This document shows, in pieces, positions 11,193 through 20,603 of a DNA stretch of 64,000 nucleotides. The stretch is from the NCBI GenBank assembly GCA_024614665.1, contig GCA_024614665.1_4861.1; one strand, 5' to 3'. The position numbers and the translations under genes were made by a program. The notes under the pieces were generated by a model that saw nothing but the letters and a program-made list of their open reading frames with translations, was not told where the DNA came from and made no database searches. The DNA comes from a phage. Within the stretch, counting starts at the first letter, position 1. The number at the start of each line of letters is the position of its first letter.

Positions 11193-12491
11193 TTAGGTGA
11201 TGTGGAATTTAGGGATGTACTCTTTAACCACGGTTTCACGACCGTGCATCGCACCCATTGCAGTGGTCATAACGTTCGAGAAGCCGGATGAGATATCCGC
11301 AGCGATTGCCCGTGGCTCTTCTGCTTTGTGTGCAGAGGCGCACGCCGCACAACAGTCTACGTGACCTTGCTGACATAAGATGGGTCGGCGGAGTCGAACA
11401 ACTTTACCGAATTGCGTTTTCAAATACTCTTCGGTGAGTTGGGTAACTTTACCGTTAATCATCGCGTTCATGCCAACATAACGCTTGTAGTTATACTGGT
11501 TAATTACAAGTGCATGAGTCAGTTTTGTCCCGCAATCTCCAGGCACGATTTTGTGGTTCTGGAAGATCATCTGGATGATACGTACCTGCTCACCACCCTT
11601 AGCGGTTTCTGCACCACGCATGAAGGAACCTTCACGAGTGTCATTGAACTTCTCTACCAGGTACTTCATCCCGGTCTGATCAACTTCCATCAGACTCGTT
11701 GGGATTAAGGTAAAATCTGCACCTTCTTTAAAAGCGGTCTGAATACCATACATCAGCATCAGCTTACGGCGACGCATACGCGCTTTAGGCGAGCTGTAGA
11801 ACTCAACGGACTGGTCGCCACTCAACCACTCTTTATCAAGTTCGTCGAGAGCTTTTTCAATCATAACGATAACCGCAGGGTTATCCAGTTCGTCTTTGTG
11901 CTTCAACAGCAACGCATCACGTACCTTATACGCGTCAGGATGCGTTGTAAGGCTTCTAATTGTTCCTGTTGGGGCAATCCCACGACACAACGGAGCAAGC
12001 TCGTGTAGACCCCCTACAAAGCGTCCTATCATGTATGGCCGAATCGCGTCTTCGTTGTCTGGATCGGTGTCATCGTATTCCACACATCGTTCGTACATCT
12101 CCTTACGGTAGGCTAGCGGGTCACGGGACTCTGCCAGATACGGGAGACGGGTACCGAATGCGTAATAGATAGCAATCCAGTTAAAGACATAGCGACCCAC
12201 GGTAGTCGGAATGGGACCAGCTAGACCTGGGTACATCTCAGGACGCAATTCAAACTGCTCTTCCGGCACGAACAGCTCTTCATCTTTTTTGCACCCTTCA
12301 ATCGGCACCCATTTAATTTCTTCGTTTTCCCAGTAGTGGGGCAAGCCGTCAATGTAGTTCAGGTCGTATTGCTCAGGTGGCTCACCTTTTTCATTAAAGA
12401 TTGCCACGTTGAAAACCGCAATACGCCACACCAGTCTACGCCAAGCTTCTGCTTTACACGCAGCGACCAGATAATCAATCTTGTTCATCAT
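11193..12491 (-). CDS. RNA polymerase beta-prime-like fragment
   Basis: GDCGT motif preceded by bridge-helix-like segment and followed by CAAC...AIAADISSGF...MTTAMGAMHG resembling the trigger-loop start; ends shortly after. Confidence 0.5.
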   Translation of the reverse strand: MMNKIDYLVAACKAEAWRRLVWRIAVFNVAIFNEKGEPPEQYDLNYIDGLPHYWENEEIKWVPIEGCKKDEELFVPEEQFELRPEMYPGLAGPIPTTVGRYVFNWIAIYYAFGTRLPYLAESRDPLAYRKEMYERCVEYDDTDPDNEDAIRPYMIGRFVGGLHELAPLCRGIAPTGTIRSLTTHPDAYKVRDALLLKHKDELDNPAVIVMIEKALDELDKEWLSGDQSVEFYSSPKARMRRRKLMLMYGIQTAFKEGADFTLIPTSLMEVDQTGMKYLVEKFNDTREGSFMRGAETAKGGEQVRIIQMIFQNHKIVPGDCGTKLTHALVINQYNYKRYVGMNAMINGKVTQLTEEYLKTQFGKVVRLRRPILCQQGHVDCCAACASAHKAEEPRAIAADISSGFSNVMTTAMGAMHGRETVVKEYIPKFHIT

Positions 12492-13359
12492 CTACCTCCG
12501 CGTCCCCACTAGCGTATATGACTTTCAACGCTTCCAATCCTTTCCGCAAGATTTCTCCAGGCGGGACGTTGTCGACGTTCAACAGGGCAAGGTTCTTTTC
12601 TAAGTCACCGTAAGCCCCATCAAACTCCGCATGAGGAATAATCGATAAGCCCACCGCATACATCGTCAGCAAATCAATTTCGCTAACATCTTCTACGCGA
12701 AACTCTAACGACTGCTGCACCACCGTTAAGTCTGGCTCAGCAGGCAGATTCATAAAGACAAACGCTGACGGGTTCTCAGGGAACAACCGCAAGTAAGCGA
12801 CGATACGCTCTTGGCGCTCATCGTCGCTGTTTCGTTTCTGGCTTTCCAACGACTCTGCTGCTAAGAAGTTTTCCATCACGGTAAGCACGCGTGGGCTGAC
12901 AACAGTAATCAGGTCTTCGAAGTGCAGGTTTTCGTCACCGTAAACATAACGACACATGTTCTCCAGGATATACTCTGGTGTCTCACCAGAGGAGACAATC
13001 CCGTAAAGGGCATCACTGTCTTCGAACTCCTCGAAGGCTTCCAACACACCGTGAAGGATACGTACGGTTTCTTTCGGTTTCTGGAAGACGATTTGTGGAT
13101 TAAGTCCGATACCGAGGCGGTTGCCTAATCCAACCGCTACCTTCACGATAATGGATTCCAGACGGACAGTTTCGTCCGCGTGGTCAGACAACGGGTTGCT
13201 ATAAACATCGGATAACGCCACATCGTAACCGTAATCCATACCGAGCGTCACTAAATCTAGCATCGGTGCTGCACGACCTTCGTGACGGTTGACTGTCAAT
13301 ACAGCCGCATAGTCGGTATAAATATCAATCATGGCTCTGTTCCATAGTGAAAAGGGCAT
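12475..13359 (-). CDS. hypothetical protein
   Basis: 294-aa ORF in same operon as beta-prime-like fragment. Confidence 0.65.
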   Translation of the reverse strand: MPFSLWNRAMIDIYTDYAAVLTVNRHEGRAAPMLDLVTLGMDYGYDVALSDVYSNPLSDHADETVRLESIIVKVAVGLGNRLGIGLNPQIVFQKPKETVRILHGVLEAFEEFEDSDALYGIVSSGETPEYILENMCRYVYGDENLHFEDLITVVSPRVLTVMENFLAAESLESQKRNSDDERQERIVAYLRLFPENPSAFVFMNLPAEPDLTVVQQSLEFRVEDVSEIDLLTMYAVGLSIIPHAEFDGAYGDLEKNLALLNVDNVPPGEILRKGLEALKVIYASGDAEVDDEQD

Positions 13360-13374
13360 TCATACCAAGGCGAA

Positions 13375-13410
13375 TAAAAAAAAAGAAAACGGGGCCGAAG
13401 CCCCGAATTT
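13375..13410 (-). terminator. intrinsic terminator
   Basis: Hairpin GGGGC-CGAA-GCCCC with A-run on plus strand (T-run on minus). Confidence 0.6.
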
Positions 13411-13413
13411 CTA

Positions 13414-13785
13414 TTAATGTCCCGTCAGATCTTTCTCCAGCTCTTTTAGCGCACGTTCACCTGCCACCTGTTCGCCGGCTTTGGCGATAATCGCTTTGCG
13501 ACGACGGATATTGTCGAGCATCAGCAGTATCTGCCAGCGGGGGCGGTCGAGGAACTCGTCTATCGACATCCGGTAGTTTTCACCGACCTCTTCACGTAAG
13601 TAAGTGGCGTACCAGATATCGTAAAGACTACCGTATACCGGGTTTTCAAAATCCGACAATCCTACCTGATGGTCGCCGGTATTAAGAGCCAGTGTACGGT
13701 CATACGCTTCCAGAAGCTCGTTATGGGCTTCCTGATACGTAATAGGACGTGTGCTACGCTGCTTGAAGAGAGAGGTGGTATCCAT
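13414..13785 (-). CDS. hypothetical protein
   Basis: 123-aa ORF followed by stem-loop terminator. Confidence 0.6.
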   Translation of the reverse strand: MDTTSLFKQRSTRPITYQEAHNELLEAYDRTLALNTGDHQVGLSDFENPVYGSLYDIWYATYLREEVGENYRMSIDEFLDRPRWQILLMLDNIRRRKAIIAKAGEQVAGERALKELEKDLTGH

Positions 13786-13829
13786 CTTGAGCGTTGTAAT
13801 GATTTGCTCGGACGGAACGTCTTCCTGGT

Positions 13830-15800
13830 CTAGCCAATATCGGCGTATTGATCCAGCAAGAATTTCTGAATCTCGGACACCACTCGAGAGAGCACGAAAA
13901 AAACCCTGTCCGGACTGATGGTAACAATACCACGATACAGACCGTCTTTCTCGCCGTGTGTTTTACCACACGCCGGGCAGCGTTTACCCATGTAACCGAA
14001 TACCGCTAAACGTGTACGTTCGTTGTATTCAGCAATCGCGTTTTCAAACTGACCAACGTAGATACGGTCGGAAGACAGCTCTTCCAACATCTCAACGATT
14101 TTCGCTGTGTCGGTTTCAGTTTGTGGGATAACCTGCATTTCACCGTTTACTTCACGTTGCTCATTAACGGTGATAGATTTCACCATGTGAGCGTAACGCG
14201 TTAAGCGACGGGCTTCTGCAGTTAAACGCATATGGGATTCACGTTCACGCTCGGTAGCAAATTCAGACAGCGCTGCCGTAGTTGACGCGTTAACGTCTTC
14301 AATCCACTTCTCGGTGGAGTCAAAGAAGCTACCCAGGGTAGAACGGCCAAATTCAACACGCACGTCGTGGTATTCAAATACCGAAGATGGGTCAACCTGA
14401 TGCGCCGCGATATATTCGCGCTGTTCTGCAATAGAAATCACTGGACGCTCAGTACCGCGTTGACGTGCCCACAATTGTTTCTGCAGGTCGCTAAACAGAC
14501 CGGAACCGAAACGGATACAGCGTGCGATATTCAGCTTCACATCTTCCTGCTGAGTACAACCGTCCTCACCACACATCAGCGTCCAAGGAATACCAGACGG
14601 CCACTTCGCCTGCAACGGACCCAGAATAACCAACCAGTAGTCAGCCAGATCAATGGTATCCAACAGCACCGTACGCAGATCGTTTCCCGCACAATCGATG
14701 GTTGCTTCGGTAACAAACTGAAGTGCGAATTCAACCATGTGGCGCATGTACACGCCAGACGACGACGACAGCATCAATCCGTAGGTCTGCATACCGATGG
14801 TCGCAGTTTCCAGCGTTAGACGCATGTCGAAGTCACAAAGGTCGCGTTCATGCGGTGCGCGGAAGCCCACGTAGATACCTGTGGCCGGCAACCAAACCAT
14901 GTTCGGAATACCCGATTTACGTACACGACGCAAAGCAGCCAGCGCGCCAGTGTGCATATTGTCACGCGGTGCAATAGCACCAGATGCCTTGCCGTCCGGC
15001 AACATCACGCGCTGTTCCCAAGCGGTATCACCACGGTCCAGTGCACCCGCGAATGCCGGTACGCCGTCCTGTAGACGTGGCGGGGTCATGTTCAAAGCAC
15101 GATAGATGTCGTCGTAAACCTGTTGCTGTTCAGGGCTTTCGAATAGCAGCCGGCCGTCTTTCGGTGAACGTTTAATATTACCGAGGAACTTTTGCAGGGA
15201 GTCTGCAATGATGTTAGGGTCTTGTTTCAGACCAATCAACATCTTCGACTGTGTCAGAATACGATCGGCTTCATCTTCACCCATTTCGGCGGTTTCAGCT
15301 AAATGGGTATTACCGAAGTCAATCTCACGCATCTGTTGTTGTTCCGGAACCTTCGGTGCTGCATCTTCCATTTCTTTTACAGCCGGCTGTGCCGGTGCAA
15401 CCGCTTCTGGAGCTTTTGGCTGCGGAGCAGGTTCTACCGCAGGCGCTTTCTCTACCACCGGTTCCGGGGCACGATGCAAGTGCTCCTGCACCTGTTCAGA
15501 GAAAGTCTGAGCTGCCGGTGATACAGGAGCAGCAGGTTCAGGCAACGCCTCTTCTACAAACGTCGGACGCTCAAGCTTAGGCTCCGGACGATGGTAGTGT
15601 TGGTGATAAACTTCTTCTGCACGGGCAAAAGAAAAATCGGGATTGGCTTGTTTAATAGCCATGATGATTGCATCCGAGGTCGCGTCATCAGGCACGGTCG
15701 GAAGAATCATCTCTTGTTGGGTAGCAGCCGCCACAGGGGCTGGCTGGTCGGGATTAGGGCGACGGGCATTACCCGGACGCTGATCTTGGATCTCAGACAT
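13830..15800 (-). CDS. hypothetical protein with Pro/Ala-rich N-terminal region
   Basis: 656-aa ORF; low-complexity PEPxxAP segment; CPACGK near C-terminus. Confidence 0.7.
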   Translation of the reverse strand: MSEIQDQRPGNARRPNPDQPAPVAAATQQEMILPTVPDDATSDAIIMAIKQANPDFSFARAEEVYHQHYHRPEPKLERPTFVEEALPEPAAPVSPAAQTFSEQVQEHLHRAPEPVVEKAPAVEPAPQPKAPEAVAPAQPAVKEMEDAAPKVPEQQQMREIDFGNTHLAETAEMGEDEADRILTQSKMLIGLKQDPNIIADSLQKFLGNIKRSPKDGRLLFESPEQQQVYDDIYRALNMTPPRLQDGVPAFAGALDRGDTAWEQRVMLPDGKASGAIAPRDNMHTGALAALRRVRKSGIPNMVWLPATGIYVGFRAPHERDLCDFDMRLTLETATIGMQTYGLMLSSSSGVYMRHMVEFALQFVTEATIDCAGNDLRTVLLDTIDLADYWLVILGPLQAKWPSGIPWTLMCGEDGCTQQEDVKLNIARCIRFGSGLFSDLQKQLWARQRGTERPVISIAEQREYIAAHQVDPSSVFEYHDVRVEFGRSTLGSFFDSTEKWIEDVNASTTAALSEFATERERESHMRLTAEARRLTRYAHMVKSITVNEQREVNGEMQVIPQTETDTAKIVEMLEELSSDRIYVGQFENAIAEYNERTRLAVFGYMGKRCPACGKTHGEKDGLYRGIVTISPDRVFFVLSRVVSEIQKFLLDQYADIG

Positions 15801-16413
15801 TGGCCGCTTCCTCGGTTTCTACTACAACGTCGTTGTGATCGACGATGGCGTTTTTAGGGAGTTCTTTCGAATTATTAGCCAGAGCTTCAGCCAACAGAAC
15901 CTCGGCTTGTTCCACGGTATGACCGTTATTCAGCGCCTGCTTCACGAACTTCACTTTCGCGTTATACGTGGAGAAGATTTCGATACTGGTGCCCTGAATA
16001 TCCATCGCAAGCATGTTTGTCTGCTGGTCAATCAGGGACAGTTCGGTGTGGTCGACGTGGAACTGGTCTTTGATTTCTTTCCACGTTTTGCTGTTATCGT
16101 TCAGCATGTCAAACACCGGCACAGCCTTAGCATCTGCCTCAACAATCAGTTTACCGAACAGCTCTTTGCCTTGCTGACACATGCCAAGGAAAGCCGCCTG
16201 TGCTTCATCCAGCGCTTTCAACGTAAAGGCTTTCAGCTCTTCGTGCGTAATGGCTTCAGTTACTTCACGCTCCCGATCAATTTTGCCTGACAGGAATTCG
16301 GTACTTTCGATAAACACAGCTTGTTTTTTCAACACAGACTGCATCATAGCCTTGACGAAATCGCGGGCGTCTTTACGTGGGTTATAAGCGGGTTTCTTTT
16401 TGCGACGACTCAT
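15793..16413 (-). CDS. hypothetical protein with basic N-terminus
   Basis: ORF trimmed to ATG (MSRRKKK) preceded by AAAGGA SD. Confidence 0.6.
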   Translation of the reverse strand: MSRRKKKPAYNPRKDARDFVKAMMQSVLKKQAVFIESTEFLSGKIDREREVTEAITHEELKAFTLKALDEAQAAFLGMCQQGKELFGKLIVEADAKAVPVFDMLNDNSKTWKEIKDQFHVDHTELSLIDQQTNMLAMDIQGTSIEIFSTYNAKVKFVKQALNNGHTVEQAEVLLAEALANNSKELPKNAIVDHNDVVVETEEAANV

Positions 16414-16437
16414 CGTAATAATCCTTTTGAAATTAGG

Positions 16438-16466
16438 GGTTGGGTGTATACACAATATACACCCAA
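16438..16466. promoter_or_regulatory. perfect palindrome GGGTGTATACACAATATACACCC (candidate operator or stem-loop)
   Basis: Inverted repeat between genes 16474..16857 and 15793..16413. Confidence 0.35.
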
Positions 16467-16473
16467 AACGTGA

Positions 16474-16857
16474 TTAACTTGCATCGTGTGGAACAGTCAC
16501 CCAATCGTGCCATTTTTCAGAGTAAAGACGATAAGCCATCTTTGGATTCTGATCGACACTACCGGCCGGGTTCTCATTCCACAACACGTACGTATATAAC
16601 TCGTACGACGAAGTGTTACGGATACTTGACGTGCGGGTGACGTAGTACGTCAACCCGCGTTGGTTAAGGAACAGGCCGCTGTAATGTTCAGTGACCATGT
16701 AGTAGTGAAACGCCTGGTTGATAGTGGCGTCGGTACAGAGTTTCTTAGCGACGTCTTCTACGCCGGGATACGCCTTTAGAATGTTTTCGAGAAAACTTGC
16801 TAAAGTCATTCCGATGTAGGGTGGCAGCGGCTCTGCTGGACGCGGCGGAGTGAGCAT
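16474..16857 (-). CDS. hypothetical protein
   Basis: 127-aa ORF with AAGGA SD before ATG at 16857; overlaps 3' end of helicase ORF. Confidence 0.5.
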   Translation of the reverse strand: MLTPPRPAEPLPPYIGMTLASFLENILKAYPGVEDVAKKLCTDATINQAFHYYMVTEHYSGLFLNQRGLTYYVTRTSSIRNTSSYELYTYVLWNENPAGSVDQNPKMAYRLYSEKWHDWVTVPHDAS

Positions 16858-18451
16858 GTGATTTCCTTACAACGTAGGGGGATGTCGCGATACGGAACGA
16901 CAATACGACATCCTTGAGTGATTTCTGGCGGGCATTCAGGTAATTGCAATGCTTCGGTACGTTATACGCATGGAATAACCACACCGTTGGGTCTATTTCA
17001 CCCCATTCGTTGTGGAGAATCTTACGTGGACGACCGGCCATCTGTTCGTTCAGTTGCTGGTCTTCTACCGGGGTTGAAATGTACATGTGTACCAACCCAG
17101 GTTTATCGACCGCAGTCCCCGCTTTCCCCGGTGTGGAGATAGAGAAGTCTGCTTGGATAAAGTCGTCATACGAATCGCCTGCATTATATTTCGCCACCAT
17201 CAACGGATGGAATACAGGGTCACGCGATAACTTATCTTTCACATACTCGGTAAAGAACTCACACATCGCTACCGTAGCAAAGAGTATCAAACATTTTTGG
17301 CCAGGTTGATACCGTTTAAGGAACGATTTCTCAACCACATCCCAGATCATGTTTGCGTATTCTAAATGCATGTTCTCTTTAATCAGCTTCCCTTCGAAGA
17401 GTTTGTGGTTATACGGCGTCATCTTCGATGCCCACCACGCAAACTTCTTATCATCCAGTCGATAGTACAACGCCTTCACGTCAACTACCGGAACGATAGG
17501 GATACTGATACGGCACTCCATTGGGAAACGCTCCATGTACCGTTCGGCGATAAACGCTTTACTGGAGCCAGGAGTTAACGTTGCCGACATTTCAATGCTT
17601 GGCGGCGGGTTAAGCATTACACCTGCCATGTAGACCAGGTGGAAATGCTCATGTACCTCATCCATTCCCAACAACCCGATACCCAGCACGTCGTAAAACG
17701 TATCCAGGTCCACAGGGTTAGTTGCAGCTGTGTTGATATACTCCTTCAAGAAACGTTGTAGCGTCACCGTAGGGAGGATTATCAGCTTAATCCCACGTCT
17801 ATCCAACTCACCCGATTTACCCATCTCCAGGGCCTCGTAGATGGCCTGTACGCCGGTACAAACCAGCACGCCATCGCGAGATTCCCTTAAGCCAGTCGGG
17901 TCATCAGTGGTATCGAATATCCACTTCGGAACATAGGTCGGTCGAATGATAAGACCTGTCCTAACGCCCTTCTTAACAACCACTTTCATGAAGCTCTTAG
18001 ATTTCCCGGCTCCGGTCTGGATGGCAAATATCGTCTGTTGTCGACCTGGGGTCATCGCCGCTTCGCTAACTTCGTTCTGATAATAGAAACGTGAGTTAGG
18101 ATCGGTGACCTCGAGGTCGAATCCGTAATTATCAAACGTGCACTTATAAGGTGTTCCTCGTACAGGATGGTGCTCTGTTAGCTTGTACTGAAAAGCGTAT
18201 TCAATTGCTGCTCGTTGGAGGATATGTTTAATCTTCTCAGCGAACACTTTATGGAAAATGAACGTCCTTAAAGACGGAATGTGAGCGTAGTACGCGTCAC
18301 CGCGTTCCGTAGTTATTCGTCCATGTTGCTTGCCCATCTTTGGGGCGTGCATATTCTCTTCGGCCCACGCGAGTATGGCCCTTTCAGCCTGGCGGATAGG
18401 GACTTCAACCCGTACCCCCATACTCGTGTAAGTCATTTGAATTTCTACCAT
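16745..18451 (-). CDS. superfamily 2 helicase (DEAH-type)
   Basis: Walker A TGAGKSKS, DEVH box (LGMDEVHE), motif VI-like QMAGRPRK; start set at MVEIQ after upstream terminator hairpin. Confidence 0.8.
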   Translation of the reverse strand: MVEIQMTYTSMGVRVEVPIRQAERAILAWAEENMHAPKMGKQHGRITTERGDAYYAHIPSLRTFIFHKVFAEKIKHILQRAAIEYAFQYKLTEHHPVRGTPYKCTFDNYGFDLEVTDPNSRFYYQNEVSEAAMTPGRQQTIFAIQTGAGKSKSFMKVVVKKGVRTGLIIRPTYVPKWIFDTTDDPTGLRESRDGVLVCTGVQAIYEALEMGKSGELDRRGIKLIILPTVTLQRFLKEYINTAATNPVDLDTFYDVLGIGLLGMDEVHEHFHLVYMAGVMLNPPPSIEMSATLTPGSSKAFIAERYMERFPMECRISIPIVPVVDVKALYYRLDDKKFAWWASKMTPYNHKLFEGKLIKENMHLEYANMIWDVVEKSFLKRYQPGQKCLILFATVAMCEFFTEYVKDKLSRDPVFHPLMVAKYNAGDSYDDFIQADFSISTPGKAGTAVDKPGLVHMYISTPVEDQQLNEQMAGRPRKILHNEWGEIDPTVWLFHAYNVPKHCNYLNARQKSLKDVVLSFRIATSPYVVRKSHAHSAASSRAAATLHRNDFSKFSRKHSKGVSRRRRRR

Positions 18452-18464
18452 GCTGCCCCTCTTC

Positions 18465-18494
18465 GCACAAAAAAAGAGGGGCGCAAGGCCCCTC
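18465..18494 (-). terminator. intrinsic terminator after beta-prime-like gene
   Basis: Hairpin GAGGGGC-GCAAG-GCCCCTC followed on minus strand by T-run. Confidence 0.65.
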
Positions 18495-18497
18495 GGT

Positions 18498-20603
18498 TTA
18501 CAACTCAATTACCACAGCGGCTCCTAGGTCATCGTACAACGATGCCGGGATTTTGTACTCGGTATAAAAACCAACGCGATCGATATTCCCCTGCTGTCCT
18601 TCAAACAACAACATCGGAATTGCCGAGCGCAAACTAATGAGCGTGTTGTGATCGACAAACCGTTTCCCGGTGGCATTAGTAGAATCCTCACTGTCAAATC
18701 CTACTGCCGGGAACGGGTTGGTTGGTGACTCTACACGAGATATCGCCAACATAATCGCAATATGCGTCATCGGTATACCACTCAGCTTACGCTGGATATA
18801 CTTAAACGTGTCCATCAATGCATAAGTACACTGTTTCTCTGTAGCACCACCCATTTCAACCAACGTTACCGGTTTCACACGACCTTGTTTCTTGTTCAGC
18901 TTCACAGTCGAGGCTGTGTTGATGATTTCCACAATGTCTTCGTTCTTATCGGCAGCAATCGAACGGAGCTTGGTTTCTAAGCCGGCTACGAACTCTGCCA
19001 TCGATTCAGAACGGTTGGTGTAGACCAGGACCGGGTGTTTCGGGTTCCATCCTTTTAAGGGGATTTCTACCGTCTTCTTCTCGATACGAATGTTCGCTCG
19101 TTGTTTCAAGAAGTAGTGCAGGAACGGTTTAGAGAAGTTCCCACAAACACCCATTCGCACATCGATAGAATCCGCAGCGATTATCTGCCCATCTTCTAAA
19201 CGACGTTGGAAAGTTAAGTCGGTGATTTCTGGTAATGCCGTTTCATCAATTGCATCGAGATCTTCATGATACGCAATCTGGCTCAGCTCCGAATAAACTT
19301 TGTCGGTAACAACCAACTCGTATTCTGACCAATTCCCACGCTGTGGTTTTGGCAGCAAGCACAACCCTTTCAGAGAGTTATGTTTGTATTCGGTCATATA
19401 CTCACGCATACGTGGGGTGAGTACCAGGTTGAGCAGATAACGCAAGAAGTCAAGGTGCTTGGTAGAGAGAATTCCCTGTGTACCCTTTTCCGAGATGGAC
19501 GTGGATGCCAGGTGACCTGGTGACGTACCTTCAGAGAGGTTATAAATCAAATCCCCCATACAGGTCGCACAGATGGACTGATTCGCCATCTCTTTACAGG
19601 TCATGGCACTACGGAAGACCAGCGGTTTACCAACCAGGTCAGCGTATCCACCTTTCTCAAATCGCAACCACGGACCGTTATCGCCCTCTAAACGATAACG
19701 CATTCCCACCATCGCTTTATAGGCACGCTCATCCAGCTGCGTATCCTTAAACGTGTAGCGGTGTGCGTGTGTTGTACCGCAGTCGTCGTACGTGAAATAC
19801 ATCAGTACGTTTGCTGCCAGCTGCAGTTTACGTGAGGCGTATTCTGCTTCGGCAATCTTGTCAGTGTTGTACAAGTGGGAACGTGAAGTTGCACCGGATT
19901 CTTTCAAACGCGAAATAACCGAATGCATCCCGGTAAAGAAGCCTTCCCACACCTGATTGGTGTATACGCGCGAGTCAATTTCTGACGTTTTACCACGCAC
20001 GAAGGCTTGCAGTACCTGGTTCATCTTCACGGTACCGTCCAGTACCGACATTACGACTGGGTTATACCGCAGCGCAGGGTCTTTGAAGATTTTCTCGATA
20101 AGCTTATACGCTTCTTCAACCATATCCTGACCATCTTCATCGTAGCCAGTAGGATACTGCACTTCCCACTGACGGATGAGTTCGAAGTTCGGGTGGTCGT
20201 AGATCTCCATCATCGTATCAAAGTCGATTGTCGTACAATAGGACAGCAAGTTCTTCACTGTCATGTTGAACGCATCGGCGTAGACATGTTGACTCAGGAT
20301 ATAACGCGTTTCAGCAAGGTCGACACCTGCTTTACGGGCCAGTACCGCTGCTTCCGACATAAAGTCCAGATGCAGGTCATCTGTTGCTACCTGACCTGGA
20401 CGATACGCCATGGTCGATGGAGTGGGCACCTGCGGATACAGACGCGACACACCCCAATACGGCCAGCTGAGTTTGATGTGGCGACTAGACATTTCCAACG
20501 ACTTACCATCGTCGAAAGTCACGTAATAACGCCCGCGTAGTTTCCACACCTGATCAGAGTTAAGCATACGCAAATCACGTACGTGTACAGAACGACCCGC
20601 CAT
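18498..20603 (-). CDS. RNA polymerase beta-prime-like subunit, C-terminal part
   Basis: YDDCGT and CATC...SEKGTQGILSTKH resembling E. coli RpoC DDCGT and GEPGTQLTMRTFH trigger-loop region. Confidence 0.75.
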   Translation of the reverse strand: MAGRSVHVRDLRMLNSDQVWKLRGRYYVTFDDGKSLEMSSRHIKLSWPYWGVSRLYPQVPTPSTMAYRPGQVATDDLHLDFMSEAAVLARKAGVDLAETRYILSQHVYADAFNMTVKNLLSYCTTIDFDTMMEIYDHPNFELIRQWEVQYPTGYDEDGQDMVEEAYKLIEKIFKDPALRYNPVVMSVLDGTVKMNQVLQAFVRGKTSEIDSRVYTNQVWEGFFTGMHSVISRLKESGATSRSHLYNTDKIAEAEYASRKLQLAANVLMYFTYDDCGTTHAHRYTFKDTQLDERAYKAMVGMRYRLEGDNGPWLRFEKGGYADLVGKPLVFRSAMTCKEMANQSICATCMGDLIYNLSEGTSPGHLASTSISEKGTQGILSTKHLDFLRYLLNLVLTPRMREYMTEYKHNSLKGLCLLPKPQRGNWSEYELVVTDKVYSELSQIAYHEDLDAIDETALPEITDLTFQRRLEDGQIIAADSIDVRMGVCGNFSKPFLHYFLKQRANIRIEKKTVEIPLKGWNPKHPVLVYTNRSESMAEFVAGLETKLRSIAADKNEDIVEIINTASTVKLNKKQGRVKPVTLVEMGGATEKQCTYALMDTFKYIQRKLSGIPMTHIAIMLAISRVESPTNPFPAVGFDSEDSTNATGKRFVDHNTLISLRSAIPMLLFEGQQGNIDRVGFYTEYKIPASLYDDLGAAVVIEL

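Noticed and set aside
12475-13359. HAEFDGAYGD in the 294-aa protein as a degenerate RNAP catalytic loop
   Set aside because: Only a partial resemblance to NADFDGD, with no Zn-finger or other beta-prime N-terminal landmarks; insufficient evidence.
14367-15580. Cluster of plus-strand ORFs (60-150 aa) inside the 13830..15800 gene region
   Set aside because: All antisense to a long coherent minus-strand gene; translations are Arg/Cys-rich and low complexity, typical antisense artefacts of GC-rich coding DNA.
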